Assembly (NCBI GenBank): GCA_965205425.1
Contig: CBDBGZ010000009.1
Coordinates: forward strand, 128,001-192,000
DNA length: 64,000 nucleotides
Source of the DNA: Nitrosopumilus sp.
GTDB lineage: Archaea > Thermoproteota > Nitrososphaeria > Nitrososphaerales > Nitrosopumilaceae
Reading direction: 5' to 3'
The notes beneath the pieces are model-generated. The model did no database searches. It was given only the letters and a program-made list of their open reading frames with translations, and had not been told where the DNA came from. Below, in pieces: positions 50,401 to 59,884 of the stretch; within the stretch, counting starts at the first letter, position 1, and each line of letters begins with the position of its first letter. Both the position numbers and the translations under genes were made by a program.

Positions 50401-50499
50401 TCATTTTTGTATGTTTCCTACACATTTTGGACATGTCAGTTTATTTTTCAAAGCATCATGCACGATTCCTTTACCATCACAGTTTTTGCATAAACTCAA
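50401..50499 (-). CDS. micro zinc-finger protein (32 aa)
   Basis: CKNCDGKG..CPKC; overlaps the Dam stop. Confidence 0.5.
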   Translation of the reverse strand: MSLCKNCDGKGIVHDALKNKLTCPKCVGNIQK

Positions 50500-51047
50500 T
50501 TTTCTTTTCTCCTGAAAATTATCCAGCATGAATCATATGGTGCAGAGGTTTCAGCCATCTTTTCTGAACATTTAGGACAGAACATTTCTTCAACATCATA
50601 AAATGACTTTTTGCAGATTTTACAATTTTTTGGTACAATTCCATTTAGAGTAAATTTTATTCTGTGGTCTATGGGTAGGAATTCTGCTAACCACTTGTTG
50701 TTTTTCCTGTCATATACAAACTCATGAAACCATTTTACACCAATCTTACCAAAGACCAAAATCAAGGCATTAACGTTATACTTTAGATGTTCTTCATATG
50801 CTTTTTTCATCCACGTGCCAATTTGAGAGTATGGTGGATTCATGAAAAAATCCTCATTCCATTGTTGATTTAGCGCATTGTCTTTTTCTGAGAAATATTT
50901 CTCACATCTTCTATTTTTCTCATTTGCACATACGTCTATTGCAGGAGTAACGTCATAGTTCCAGACTGCATATGCATATTCAGATCGCGGGGTTTCCCAA
51001 TAGTCATTTACGTTAATAATCCCTAGATGTTGGATTGCTTTTTTCAT
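50496..51047 (-). CDS. phage-type DNA N6-adenine methyltransferase (Dam family)
   Basis: DYWETP, IDVCA, NALNQQW, FMNPPYS, RIKF, APYDSCWIIF. Confidence 0.88.
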   Translation of the reverse strand: MKKAIQHLGIINVNDYWETPRSEYAYAVWNYDVTPAIDVCANEKNRRCEKYFSEKDNALNQQWNEDFFMNPPYSQIGTWMKKAYEEHLKYNVNALILVFGKIGVKWFHEFVYDRKNNKWLAEFLPIDHRIKFTLNGIVPKNCKICKKSFYDVEEMFCPKCSEKMAETSAPYDSCWIIFRRKEN

Positions 51048-51193
51048 TTTTGATACCTCATAATCACTGCAAAAACAAAGGCACAATCACAACGACTACA
51101 AACGTTTAGTTTGTCTTTTAGTGTAACAAGATCATATTCTTCTGATAATTTCTTTCTACAAACAGGACACCAAATAACTAATCCATCAATCAT
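51044..51193 (-). CDS. micro zinc-ribbon protein (49 aa)
   Basis: CPVC..CSRC; ATGA overlap with Dam. Confidence 0.6.
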   Translation of the reverse strand: MIDGLVIWCPVCRKKLSEEYDLVTLKDKLNVCSRCDCAFVFAVIMRYQK

Positions 51194-51296
51194 ATTCTTC
51201 ATCCTCATATTCTTCATCCCCATACTCCCAATCTTGGGGGTTTTGTGTATCCTCATGTCCATTAGGATCAACATCAAAAGGAATTGGAAAACTCAT
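51186..51296 (-). CDS. small highly acidic protein (36 aa)
   Basis: Manual translation MSFPIPFDVDPNGHEDTQNPQDWEYGDEEYEDEEYD. Confidence 0.5.
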   Translation of the reverse strand: MSFPIPFDVDPNGHEDTQNPQDWEYGDEEYEDEEYD

Positions 51297-51586
51297 GCCA
51301 TACACTCCTGGACCTGTGCGGTTGTGTGATGGTCTTTAGGTCTGCCACAGGATATGCATTTCTCTTTTACTTTACCCCAAAAAGAGCCAGAGGATTTGGT
51401 TTTGTATCTTGGTTTAACAGATACAACAGTTACTGTATCATCTTCCGAATAATCATCTATTGTACAATTTGATTTTACTTTTATCGCACATTCCAAATGA
51501 TAGAATCTGTGATTAATTTTGATAAATGAATCCTGTAACTCTGAATACAATACAATGTCTTTTTTGCAAAAGGTACATTTTGTCAT
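51293..51586 (-). CDS. zinc-finger protein
   Basis: CTFC..YHLEC and CISC..H. Confidence 0.65.
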   Translation of the reverse strand: MTKCTFCKKDIVLYSELQDSFIKINHRFYHLECAIKVKSNCTIDDYSEDDTVTVVSVKPRYKTKSSGSFWGKVKEKCISCGRPKDHHTTAQVQECMA

Positions 51587-51821
51587 AGAACAACCTCCAA
51601 AGAGAAGATCCCTTGTGCAGTAGCAGTATCTACACAAGGGATACTATGGTCGGTTTGTGCCATGTTATTTGTATGACAATTTGCAGTGACTCCAAAGCTG
51701 CACAAATTACATGACAAGCAAAAATGATTCATCAATTATTCCATCCCTTACACATTCGGCAAATTTTATTTTCCGTGTCTGTTCTTCTACCACAGTCTTT
51801 TATGCAAAAATAATATCTCAT

Positions 51822-52244
51822 TTAGCACACACTCCATCCACATTTTAGACATTCTGAATAAATTGGGATATATTCTTCATCTGAAAATTCGTCTGCTTCT
51901 GATAGGTGGTATTCTGTTTCGCACTTTGTGTTGCATTCAGGACAAACTATAAGATCGTAAGGTATCTTACCCTCATCATTTTCAATATAATTATCTGCAC
52001 CATCAAAGATAGATTCCTCAATGTTGTTTCCTTTTTCATCCTTGATTTTTCTTACAACAGAGATTTCATCACATTCAAAGTCTATTGCAAATGTTGTTCC
52101 ATCATGACCTAGTTTCTTTACATAAATTGTATCATCCAAATCATCAATGGTACAATATCTTTTGAGATATTGTATGGTATGTTGTTTTGATAGTGTTGGT
52201 AGGATTTCAACACCAGGAAATAGGATTATTGGTTTTTGGTTCAT
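51822..52244 (-). CDS. acidic protein with C-terminal zinc ribbon
   Basis: CPEC..CLKCGW. Confidence 0.7.
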   Translation of the reverse strand: MNQKPIILFPGVEILPTLSKQHTIQYLKRYCTIDDLDDTIYVKKLGHDGTTFAIDFECDEISVVRKIKDEKGNNIEESIFDGADNYIENDEGKIPYDLIVCPECNTKCETEYHLSEADEFSDEEYIPIYSECLKCGWSVC

Positions 52245-52426
52245 GGTATAACTCCTGGTGGAACTTTGACATCCATAATTTCCGTCATGATGACAAAAGT
52301 GGTATTGCAGTCATTGCAGCAAAAACTATGCTCATTTAGATCCTCCCTTGTACTGACGCTGTTTGTCAATTCAACATCTTCTGACATACATTGACCATTG
52401 ATGCAGTGAATCTCGATTGATGCCAT
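52241..52426 (-). CDS. small zinc-ribbon protein
   Basis: C..QC..CNDC; coupled to neighbours. Confidence 0.65.
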   Translation of the reverse strand: MASIEIHCINGQCMSEDVELTNSVSTREDLNEHSFCCNDCNTTFVIMTEIMDVKVPPGVIP

Positions 52427-52574
52427 TAGATAATAATCTCCTTTTCTTTTTTGATTGATTTTTTATGATGTCTAATTATCTCATTTTTGATTTCATTTAG
52501 TGCAGCATATTTTAATTTGAGATGGTTACACTTTGAACATACCAGAATAAAAGATCGCAAGTTGCTAGGAATAA

Positions 52575-52787
52575 TCATTGAATAATTACCTCTTTTGTAG
52601 AGATTAAGCAAAAATTCTCTAGTGTGAAATTGATTGATACTTTTCTTATCTGTCTGTGTTTGTGATGTGTAGCATGGTGCTTTGATGATGATACCATAGT
52701 TTCAAAGCATTTACCGCATTTCTTGCAAGAGTATGGTATTTCAAACCCGAACAGATCAAATTGAACTGGTATTGATGGTGGTGTCAA
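52575..52787 (-). CDS. C2H2 zinc-finger protein
   Basis: YSCKKCGKCF..HHATHH. Confidence 0.65.
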   Translation of the reverse strand: MTPPSIPVQFDLFGFEIPYSCKKCGKCFETMVSSSKHHATHHKHRQIRKVSINFTLENFCLISTKEVIIQ

Positions 52788-53356
52788 TTCGGATAAATCT
52801 CCATGAGTTCTTTTCTTTCTGATTCGTAAAGACTGCCATGTGAGATTTCAACGTGCTTTCGGTAATCGTCTAGTTGTTCAAAGTTAAATGCCCTCATCTC
52901 TATTTTCTTGTTGCATCTCATGCAACGCAGAGTACCATTTTCTTGCAAGATTTTCTTTGGCTTGTGAGTTATTGTGGTACCGTATGACTTGAATTCCACT
53001 TTTGGTGTATCATCTGTTGCTGGTTCTGTGTGATTCTCTATTAAATTTGGAATCTCGCCATTGTTTACCAGTCTGGCAAAATCCTCAGGAGTTCCACCGT
53101 CTTTTCTAATTTCTTTCCATAGTTTAAGGCGATCAGATCCTAGTTTGATTCTTTCATGTTCTTGCTTTGTAGTTAGTGTTGTGTTGTATTCTGTATTTTC
53201 TGATTGTACCGTCTGAGTATTTTTTCCATTGATGAAATCTGTGAATAGATTCTTTGCAATTTCGTTTCTCTGCTCTATTGGGTATTTTGAGAGATATTTT
53301 TCTAATGTTTTATCATCCATGTTAAATTGAACTTTACGCTCAAAACTCAATGGCAA
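52784..53356 (-). CDS. putative DNA-binding protein (RHH-like N-terminus, C2H2 C-terminus)
   Basis: RKVQFNMDD..; CMRC..HVEISH. Confidence 0.65.
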   Translation of the reverse strand: MPLSFERKVQFNMDDKTLEKYLSKYPIEQRNEIAKNLFTDFINGKNTQTVQSENTEYNTTLTTKQEHERIKLGSDRLKLWKEIRKDGGTPEDFARLVNNGEIPNLIENHTEPATDDTPKVEFKSYGTTITHKPKKILQENGTLRCMRCNKKIEMRAFNFEQLDDYRKHVEISHGSLYESERKELMEIYPN

Positions 53357-53357
53357 A

Positions 53358-53771
53358 TTACTTGTTCCTCCTTTGTGTTATCAGTAGTTGGGAAATATTG
53401 AACAAAACACATTTTGCATAGACATCAAAGGAAATGTTTTGTGATTGACACCATTCCTCGTTAATAATTACTGGGTGATACCCAGCAGTGACATAGTCTG
53501 AATTTCTGTTATACGTTTGAGAAGACATTGACATTTCATCACCTGAACCGTGAATAGTACCATCTAGTTCTATCGGGATGGTATGACCATACTTTTTTAC
53601 TATAAAATCAGGATAACGCCTTTCATGAATGAAAGAATGATTAATGATAACCTCATTACGTAATGGATGAAATTCTGATAATTCCTTTTGCAGTTTATCT
53701 AGTTTGGTACTATCTGAATTACGATCTCTTTTTTTGGATGTTGCTGCCCTTACAAAGGATTTTCCTTTCAT
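53358..53771 (-). CDS. PD-(D/E)xK nuclease, Vsr/DUF559-like
   Basis: RYPDFIV..IELDGTIH..RN..Y...GY. Confidence 0.7.
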   Translation of the reverse strand: MKGKSFVRAATSKKRDRNSDSTKLDKLQKELSEFHPLRNEVIINHSFIHERRYPDFIVKKYGHTIPIELDGTIHGSGDEMSMSSQTYNRNSDYVTAGYHPVIINEEWCQSQNISFDVYAKCVLFNISQLLITQRRNK

Positions 53772-54028
53772 GCAGAAAACCTCTTGTTGATAAATTGGAT
53801 TATCTCGTTTAATTTTTTGCGATTATCTAGTGCAAGTGCTTCAGAGTAGGATATTTCACCAATAGATACAACAGGTAACGGAATGATTATTTTGCCTTGT
53901 TTTTTCCTAATGTGATGTTCCAACTGTACAATTATAGTTTCAATTTCAGATATTGCAGTTGGTGTATTGCCTAGTTCTAAGAGTTTTTTTATCTTGTCTA
54001 ATATTATGATGATGTTCTGATCTTCCAT
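53768..54028 (-). CDS. hypothetical protein
   Basis: Coupled 86-aa ORF. Confidence 0.6.
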   Translation of the reverse strand: MEDQNIIIILDKIKKLLELGNTPTAISEIETIIVQLEHHIRKKQGKIIIPLPVVSIGEISYSEALALDNRKKLNEIIQFINKRFSA

Positions 54029-54234
54029 TATTGTATAGCCCCCAATGGAATTTTTAATTTCCTAACGTCTGATTTTGTGACAAATGATAATCTTATTGCA
54101 CAACGCAAACAGAACTGTTTACTTCGTGGTCTTGATACTGCATACTTTCCTTCTAGTATGATTTTGCAGTGATAACAGGTGATGTTATGATACTTACAGA
54201 TGTATAATCGAGAGCCACGTGTCAGTTTGACCAT
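54028..54234 (-). CDS. small zinc-finger protein
   Basis: CYHC..FCLRC. Confidence 0.6.
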   Translation of the reverse strand: MVKLTRGSRLYICKYHNITCYHCKIILEGKYAVSRPRSKQFCLRCAIRLSFVTKSDVRKLKIPLGAIQ

Positions 54235-54346
54235 TATTTTTCATCCTCCATATTTGAGATTCCTAGTTCATCGCAAATTGCTACAAACTGTACCTTGCCA
54301 TGAGCCGATACATACTGATCATGTATGATTCGTCTTACTGCTGAAT

Positions 54347-55750
54347 TCATTGTATTACTCCTTTAAGTGAAGATTCAGATTTGTTACCGTTTGAATAGTA
54401 AATTAGGGCATGACCCCAAGAGCAGAACATTCTATTTGATTCAGGAATGGTGACTTTAGGAGGTCTGCAAAAATCACACCTTCCAGCGTGTAGTCTCTGC
54501 TCGTTTGTGAGTTTACCGTAAACTTGGGTGATCATGTTTGGATCATCCCAGCCTAAGGACATTACATATACGACATTGTAATTGCAACGTCTTAGCCACA
54601 TATGGCATCCTGAATGTCTTAAGGCGTGTCCTGGCTTGTTTGACAGATAGTATCTGTCACCATCAATTACTTTTTTGTAGACGTTAGGGTTGGTTACTGC
54701 ATCTCCTGAAATTCTATCTACACTTGCATATGCTTCTCGTAGTAGTTTATTGAATTTGGATTTTACATCTGATAGACTGGAATATTTCACGAATGTTTCA
54801 TTTGGAGTTAGCGTATTGAGTAATTCTAAACATCTTGGATTGAAAATCAGCTTGTCAAATGAAGCAAAGGTTTTCTTTTCATATACTCCTAGTGCTTCTG
54901 CATAATTGCAAATGTGATCCTCTATTGCTTCTTTCTTTAGTGTGAGATTATTTTTCATGGTGTGTAAAGTATCAGGTCTTGGTATCATTTCATGTGCTAT
55001 TGCAGTTAGTGCCTCAAAGTTGTATTTTGTTGAATGGTCTTTCATGAAATCTAGTATTTTATCAACTTCTAAATCTGATAGTTGGACGTTGGCATATGCT
55101 CCATAGTTTTCTTTTTTTCTTGATAATACACCATCAGAATTTTTTGGCAATGGCTTACCATTTCTAAAACAAAAGTTTGCAACTGCTGATACATATGCAG
55201 TAATTGATGTGTCTGCTCCTGACTTTAGATGTAGTTTGGAATTTTTCGATGTAGAATATTTTGTCTCACCAGCTAGGAATAATTCTTTGAATCTTGATAG
55301 TAGTTTTTCTGTTTCTTCTGGAGAAATTAAAAATGATAATGGTGCAACGTTTAGTGTTTTGCATACTGTGTAAAATGCTGAAACCTTACTTTTCCATGCA
55401 ACGATACCAGTTCCTTTCTTGCCACCTTTGAGCATTTTGTCAATCCATATTTTGACCTCTGGATTCTTACCATCAAGCCATTCTGATTTTAGTAATTCTT
55501 CATAGTGCTGTTTCTCTTTTTGAATTTGTGATTTTTTCACTCTACCTGATTTTGTCTTTTCTAATCTACCTTGTGAGATTAATTTCTTGAAATAATTAGT
55601 AATCATTGGAGGCGAACGATTAACTAATTCTGAGATTTGGTTTCTATTGTAGCCTTGAATTACCAAATCATAAACTCTGTCCAAAAGACGATTCTCATCA
55701 TCTTCTGAGCCAATACGACCACCGAAATTCTTGTAATTTCTACGTGCCAA
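54347..55750 (-). CDS. tyrosine recombinase/integrase with N-terminal HTH
   Basis: Catalytic set R(PDTL), K, HALRHSG, LGW, VY; N-terminal GYNRNQISELVNRSPPMI HTH. Confidence 0.85.
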   Translation of the reverse strand: MARRNYKNFGGRIGSEDDENRLLDRVYDLVIQGYNRNQISELVNRSPPMITNYFKKLISQGRLEKTKSGRVKKSQIQKEKQHYEELLKSEWLDGKNPEVKIWIDKMLKGGKKGTGIVAWKSKVSAFYTVCKTLNVAPLSFLISPEETEKLLSRFKELFLAGETKYSTSKNSKLHLKSGADTSITAYVSAVANFCFRNGKPLPKNSDGVLSRKKENYGAYANVQLSDLEVDKILDFMKDHSTKYNFEALTAIAHEMIPRPDTLHTMKNNLTLKKEAIEDHICNYAEALGVYEKKTFASFDKLIFNPRCLELLNTLTPNETFVKYSSLSDVKSKFNKLLREAYASVDRISGDAVTNPNVYKKVIDGDRYYLSNKPGHALRHSGCHMWLRRCNYNVVYVMSLGWDDPNMITQVYGKLTNEQRLHAGRCDFCRPPKVTIPESNRMFCSWGHALIYYSNGNKSESSLKGVIQ

Positions 55751-55992
55751 ATTCTTGCACTCCTGAAACCAGAATGCAAGGAAATGGTAGAAACTACAGT
55801 ATTGACTGAGAAGTTTGTGTATGAATTTTCTATTTTGTGTGTTTCCTTTGCATGCATGTTTGGACGTTGTGACTATGAATTAGTTGATCTTAAAGGTTAC
55901 TGTCAAGAAATATCGATCTAAATTTGTAAAAATTACGTCAAATTGACAATTCAGATCGCCAGAATATTATAGATCAATTCAAAAAAAAAAGA

Positions 55993-56064
55993 TGCAGTTG
56001 GGGTCAGCATACGTGTTTGGACGCTTGTATTGACTGTGTGGTTAAATCCATAGCCTCAACTGCA
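55993..56064. ncRNA. candidate small structured RNA
   Basis: Closing stem TGCAGTTGGGG / CCTCAACTGCA next to an A10 run; contains a 19-bp repeat. Confidence 0.45.
56025..56043 (+). repeat. 19-bp direct repeat, second copy at 61215-61233
   Basis: TTGTATTGACTGTGTGGTT. Confidence 0.85.
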
Positions 56065-56105
56065 CTAGAATTATAACCAGTATGATAAAGTCATGAAGGT
56101 TATTA

Positions 56106-57251
56106 TAGTTAAGGCATTAAATATTTGAATATTTTAACAACTCGAACGTCTCCATTATCTAGTCTCTTCTGCATGTGTTTTCTCATCTCAGTTCCATTTG
56201 CAAAGAATGTATTGGCATTACCATTTTTCTCTTCTCTCCACTGTACCTCAATTGGATTGAGTTCTGGGGTGTATGCAGGAAAATATCTTATGATTACATT
56301 TCTTTTTGATTTCTTGAGAAATTCTTTTACTCTGACACTTTTGTGGTATGATGCATTGTCTGCAAATAATAACAGTTTCTTGCCAAATTGTTTCTGCAGT
56401 GATTCTAAAAAATCAAGAAATGAGTCTGTGTTTGATTTATCATAGAACCTACAAAAAAATACGCCGTCATCCCCCAATGCACCAAATGATTGAAATTTTT
56501 CTCGAGTGTAATTAATTGGTGTGGTAATGTTATTGCCTGCAAGATACCATCCGCGCTTTATGTTAGGTGCTATCTTGTTTGTTGACTCATCCAGACATAG
56601 TGTGGTGTATCCCAATTTGGAATATTTTTTGATACTCCTTTTTGCGTTTTTTTAAAACGGGTTTGTTCCTCTTTTGAGGCTGATTTGTGATGTGTGGGAC
56701 GTGGTTTTTTTGATGAGAATCCAATTCTGTGCAGCAATTCACGCATTCCTCTTGCAGAGTATAGGGTGTTGTATTTTTTATTCACATGTGTAATTACCAT
56801 TCTTGTACTCCACATGAATTGGTTAAATCCAAACTTTTCTGGACCTGAAATTAGATCATTTCTTAATGATACTAGCTGTTTTTCATTTAGAAAACATCTA
56901 GAACCAGAATATTTCTTGCGGTGTGATGCAGATATTCCCTCTTCATCCATTCGATTTAGCCAGTAGGACAAAGTTGATGGTATGACATCCAGACTTGCAC
57001 ATATCACAGAATACGGAATATTTTGTTTTCTTAGTATTGCAGCCTTTAATCTTATCTTTGCTTTTGCATTTTTTTCATTCTTGCATACTTTTCTTAAAAA
57101 ATTAATGCTTGTACCTTTCATGAATTGATTTCCAGAGGAAACCTTGGATTGTCTTGTACTCTTTGACATGGTTTCATGAATTGATTCTACGATCTAGATC
57201 TTTTGAGTTAAAATACTTGACAGTTTATTCAAAATTTATATGCCTAAACTA
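56106..57251 (-). mobile_element. IS630-family element inside the provirus
   Basis: TIRs TAGTTAAGGCATTAAATATTTGAATA / TAGTTTAGGCATATAAATTTTGAATA; TA duplication. Confidence 0.9.
56109..57169 (-). CDS. IS630 transposase, two ORFs joined by a probable -1 frameshift
   Basis: TTTTAAAAAAAC slippery site at 56646-56657; LDES, ADNASYH, YTPELNPIE. Confidence 0.85.
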
Positions 57252-57324
57252 TATGTTCTAATCAGATTTGATAAAAATAGAAATAATTCTCAAAAGATTT
57301 AAGATTGTAAATTTATTCCAATAC

Positions 57325-57867
57325 ATGAAAATTGCATTAATTGCAGTTGTTGCAATAGTCGGAATTTTTGGAATTATTTATGTCATGGGTGATGATGATG
57401 AATCTACAAAATATTACAATGAATTTACAGAAGAAGATGTTAGGAATTTTGAGTTAGAATTATTTGAAATTACAAATCAGAAAAGAATTGAAAATGGTGT
57501 GCAACCCTTAGTATGGGATGATAGATTACATAGTATAGCAAAAAATCATAGCCAAGACATGGCAGAAAAGAATTATTTTAATCATAATAATTTGGATGGA
57601 ATGTCTGCTTTTGATAGGGGAAATAATGCATACTATGAATGTGAAAAAGAAAGAGAGAGTATTATGTATGAAGGAATTTCTGAAAATATTTCTCAAATGG
57701 GATTAGAACGTAAAAATTATGAATCAATAGATGAAGAAACTATCGTTGATGGTTTGATGAATAGTTCAGAACACAGAGAAAACATGTTAGATAATGCATA
57801 TATAAAAATTGGAATTGGTATTGCAATAAATGAAAATCATTTGTACACAACTCAAAACTTTTGTTAG
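57325..57867 (+). CDS. CAP/SCP domain protein 1, membrane-anchored
   Basis: TNQKR..L.WD..L..IAKNHSQDM..YFNH, ENI, NSSEHRENML, IGIG. Confidence 0.88.
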   Translation: MKIALIAVVAIVGIFGIIYVMGDDDESTKYYNEFTEEDVRNFELELFEITNQKRIENGVQPLVWDDRLHSIAKNHSQDMAEKNYFNHNNLDGMSAFDRGNNAYYECEKERESIMYEGISENISQMGLERKNYESIDEETIVDGLMNSSEHRENMLDNAYIKIGIGIAINENHLYTTQNFC

Positions 57868-57910
57868 TTTAGATCGCCAGAGATAAAAAGACAAAAGTAA
57901 TTTTTATTTT

Positions 57911-58108
57911 ATGAGTAAATTGTCAAACACAGACACAATGATTTTACTTGGAATTATTGGAATTGTCGTGTATGCCTTAATGACATATTCTTTAGACATA
58001 TCAAATAATGATACAATATGGATTGCGTGGATTATAATCAGTATTATTTTACTTGTAGTTGGGATTACAATCAAAGTATACACTAAAAATTCATCATCTG
58101 AAATTTGA
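57911..58108 (+). CDS. small two-TM protein
   Basis: Two hydrophobic helices. Confidence 0.6.
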   Translation: MSKLSNTDTMILLGIIGIVVYALMTYSLDISNNDTIWIAWIIISIILLVVGITIKVYTKNSSSEI

Positions 58109-58242
58109 TCTGTCAAACCTAAATTTTGCCACACAGTATCCTAGAAAAAATACTTTTCCCATCAATCCAAACAAAATTAATTCATACAACGGAGATTCCA
58201 AGATCCATCAGATACAACAAATGAGAATAAAAAAACTAGGTT

Positions 58243-58422
58243 TTATAGTTCCCACCATGCTTTAGTTTTCTTTGCTTTCTTTTTTGATTTAGTTTTCTTC
58301 TTGGAAATTCCAAAATCCAACAATCCTGGAATAGATGATTTACCATTAGACCTTTTCTTTGGGATTTTATCTATTGGATGTGGGCTATCTGCATGAATTC
58401 CTATTCTTGATTTTTCAAACAT
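58243..58422 (-). CDS. small Lys-rich protein with GLLDFG motif (59 aa)
   Basis: Manual translation MFEKSRIG...IPGLLDFGISKKKTKSKKKAKKTKAWWEL; below the ORF-track cutoff. Confidence 0.7.
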   Translation of the reverse strand: MFEKSRIGIHADSPHPIDKIPKKRSNGKSSIPGLLDFGISKKKTKSKKKAKKTKAWWEL

Positions 58423-58536
58423 AACGATAGAATTTAATGTATTTTATAGGAAATAATGATCTAAAAAGATTAGGTTTTGTTAGATTTAGATCCATAGTTT
58501 TTCACAATCTAAATAAATGATCAGATTTAGTAATAA

Positions 58537-59082
58537 ATGATGTCAATTTCAGTATCTTATCCAAAAATTATAGAATTGGAAGACGGTAATCAAGTTGAAA
58601 TTACAACAGACGTATGGAAAAATAGACAACTTGTTGTAGAAACTGACAGAACAGAAAAAGAAGTTAGGGAAATTTTTGAAAAAGAAGGCTTCAAAACAAC
58701 GATAAAAGAATTTGTTAAAAATAATCAATTGGGTTCTGGAATGGTTAAAAAAATTGATGATTGGCAAGTGCATTTTAGATTTTTCCAACATGGCGATCAT
58801 ATACAAATTGATGGAGAAGTTGAAGTTTCCAGTGATTACACACAACATCTTACACATGGTTGGATCTCTGCATTCAAAGAAAGTATGGATATAATTTCAC
58901 GACATTTTAATGAACTTTGGGTTTATCACACAAAACTAAAAAAATATGTGAAAAGAATTGTCAAAGAGAATATTTTAGAACTTACTGAACCAAAAACAAA
59001 GACAGATGTTATTGATTTGTTATTGATTGGTATTGGAGCATTGTCTGCTGGTTTGTTAGTTGCAAGTGCTTTGAAGAAATAA
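58537..59082 (+). CDS. hypothetical protein with C-terminal TM anchor
   Basis: 181-aa ORF. Confidence 0.7.
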   Translation: MMSISVSYPKIIELEDGNQVEITTDVWKNRQLVVETDRTEKEVREIFEKEGFKTTIKEFVKNNQLGSGMVKKIDDWQVHFRFFQHGDHIQIDGEVEVSSDYTQHLTHGWISAFKESMDIISRHFNELWVYHTKLKKYVKRIVKENILELTEPKTKTDVIDLLLIGIGALSAGLLVASALKK

Positions 59083-59084
59083 AA

Positions 59085-59621
59085 TTATTTGATTCCTTCT
59101 ATCAATGTTAAAATCTGAACAAAAATTATTATTTTTTCCATTGTTGTTTTTTTATCTCTAATTATATATGTTGAAATATTTTCAAAATTTCGATATGATG
59201 TTATTTGCTCACAAATATTTTTTGATGTTTCATAAAAATTTGAAGTTCTTATTTTATCTAGTATTTTCTTAACTTGAATATTATCCAACTTGTTCTCTAA
59301 TTGTTGAAAACAATACAATTTCCCTTTTTCTGTAAATATTAGAGAACCTGATGAAATGATTTGATTATCGTCATTTTTATATTCAATTGCTACATCATCT
59401 AGGATTCCAACCTCTTGAAAATATTCTAATTCTTTTTGTAATTGAGCCATATCATCATCATAGTTTTCTATATTGATATTGTTTTTCGTTTTATCACAAA
59501 AATTATTTATTTCATTTTTCACATGATTCATCATACTTCCTTTATTACGAATATAGAAAATAACCCATTGTTGAAAGTTTGTTAATTCAACAAACGGAAT
59601 AATCCTTGTTTCATCACTCAT
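59085..59621 (-). CDS. hypothetical protein, possibly winged-helix
   Basis: LTNFQQWVI..LEYFQEVGIL..FTEKGK. Confidence 0.6.
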   Translation of the reverse strand: MSDETRIIPFVELTNFQQWVIFYIRNKGSMMNHVKNEINNFCDKTKNNINIENYDDDMAQLQKELEYFQEVGILDDVAIEYKNDDNQIISSGSLIFTEKGKLYCFQQLENKLDNIQVKKILDKIRTSNFYETSKNICEQITSYRNFENISTYIIRDKKTTMEKIIIFVQILTLIEGIK

Positions 59622-59668
59622 CAGGTTAATTCAAATTTTTACATTTAATTATTTTATGTTGATCGCAA

Positions 59669-59884
59669 TCACCTATCATCTTTTTTCTCATAAATTTTTC
59701 CTAATTCCTCAAATAGTTTCTCATACTGCATCATTAGACTTTCAATTTCAGACTTTATTGTATCTGAATCCCATTTTGCTGCGATCAAGATTTGTATTCT
59801 TTCTAGTATTTCACGTTCAGTATCATATGATTCCTTTTCTAACGCTTCTTCTTGTTTGGTTTCTTTTGTTTCTTCTTTTTCCAT
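59669..59884 (-). CDS. acidic coiled-coil hypothetical protein
   Basis: 71-aa ORF overlapping the HNH 3' end. Confidence 0.55.
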   Translation of the reverse strand: MEKEETKETKQEEALEKESYDTEREILERIQILIAAKWDSDTIKSEIESLMMQYEKLFEELGKIYEKKDDR

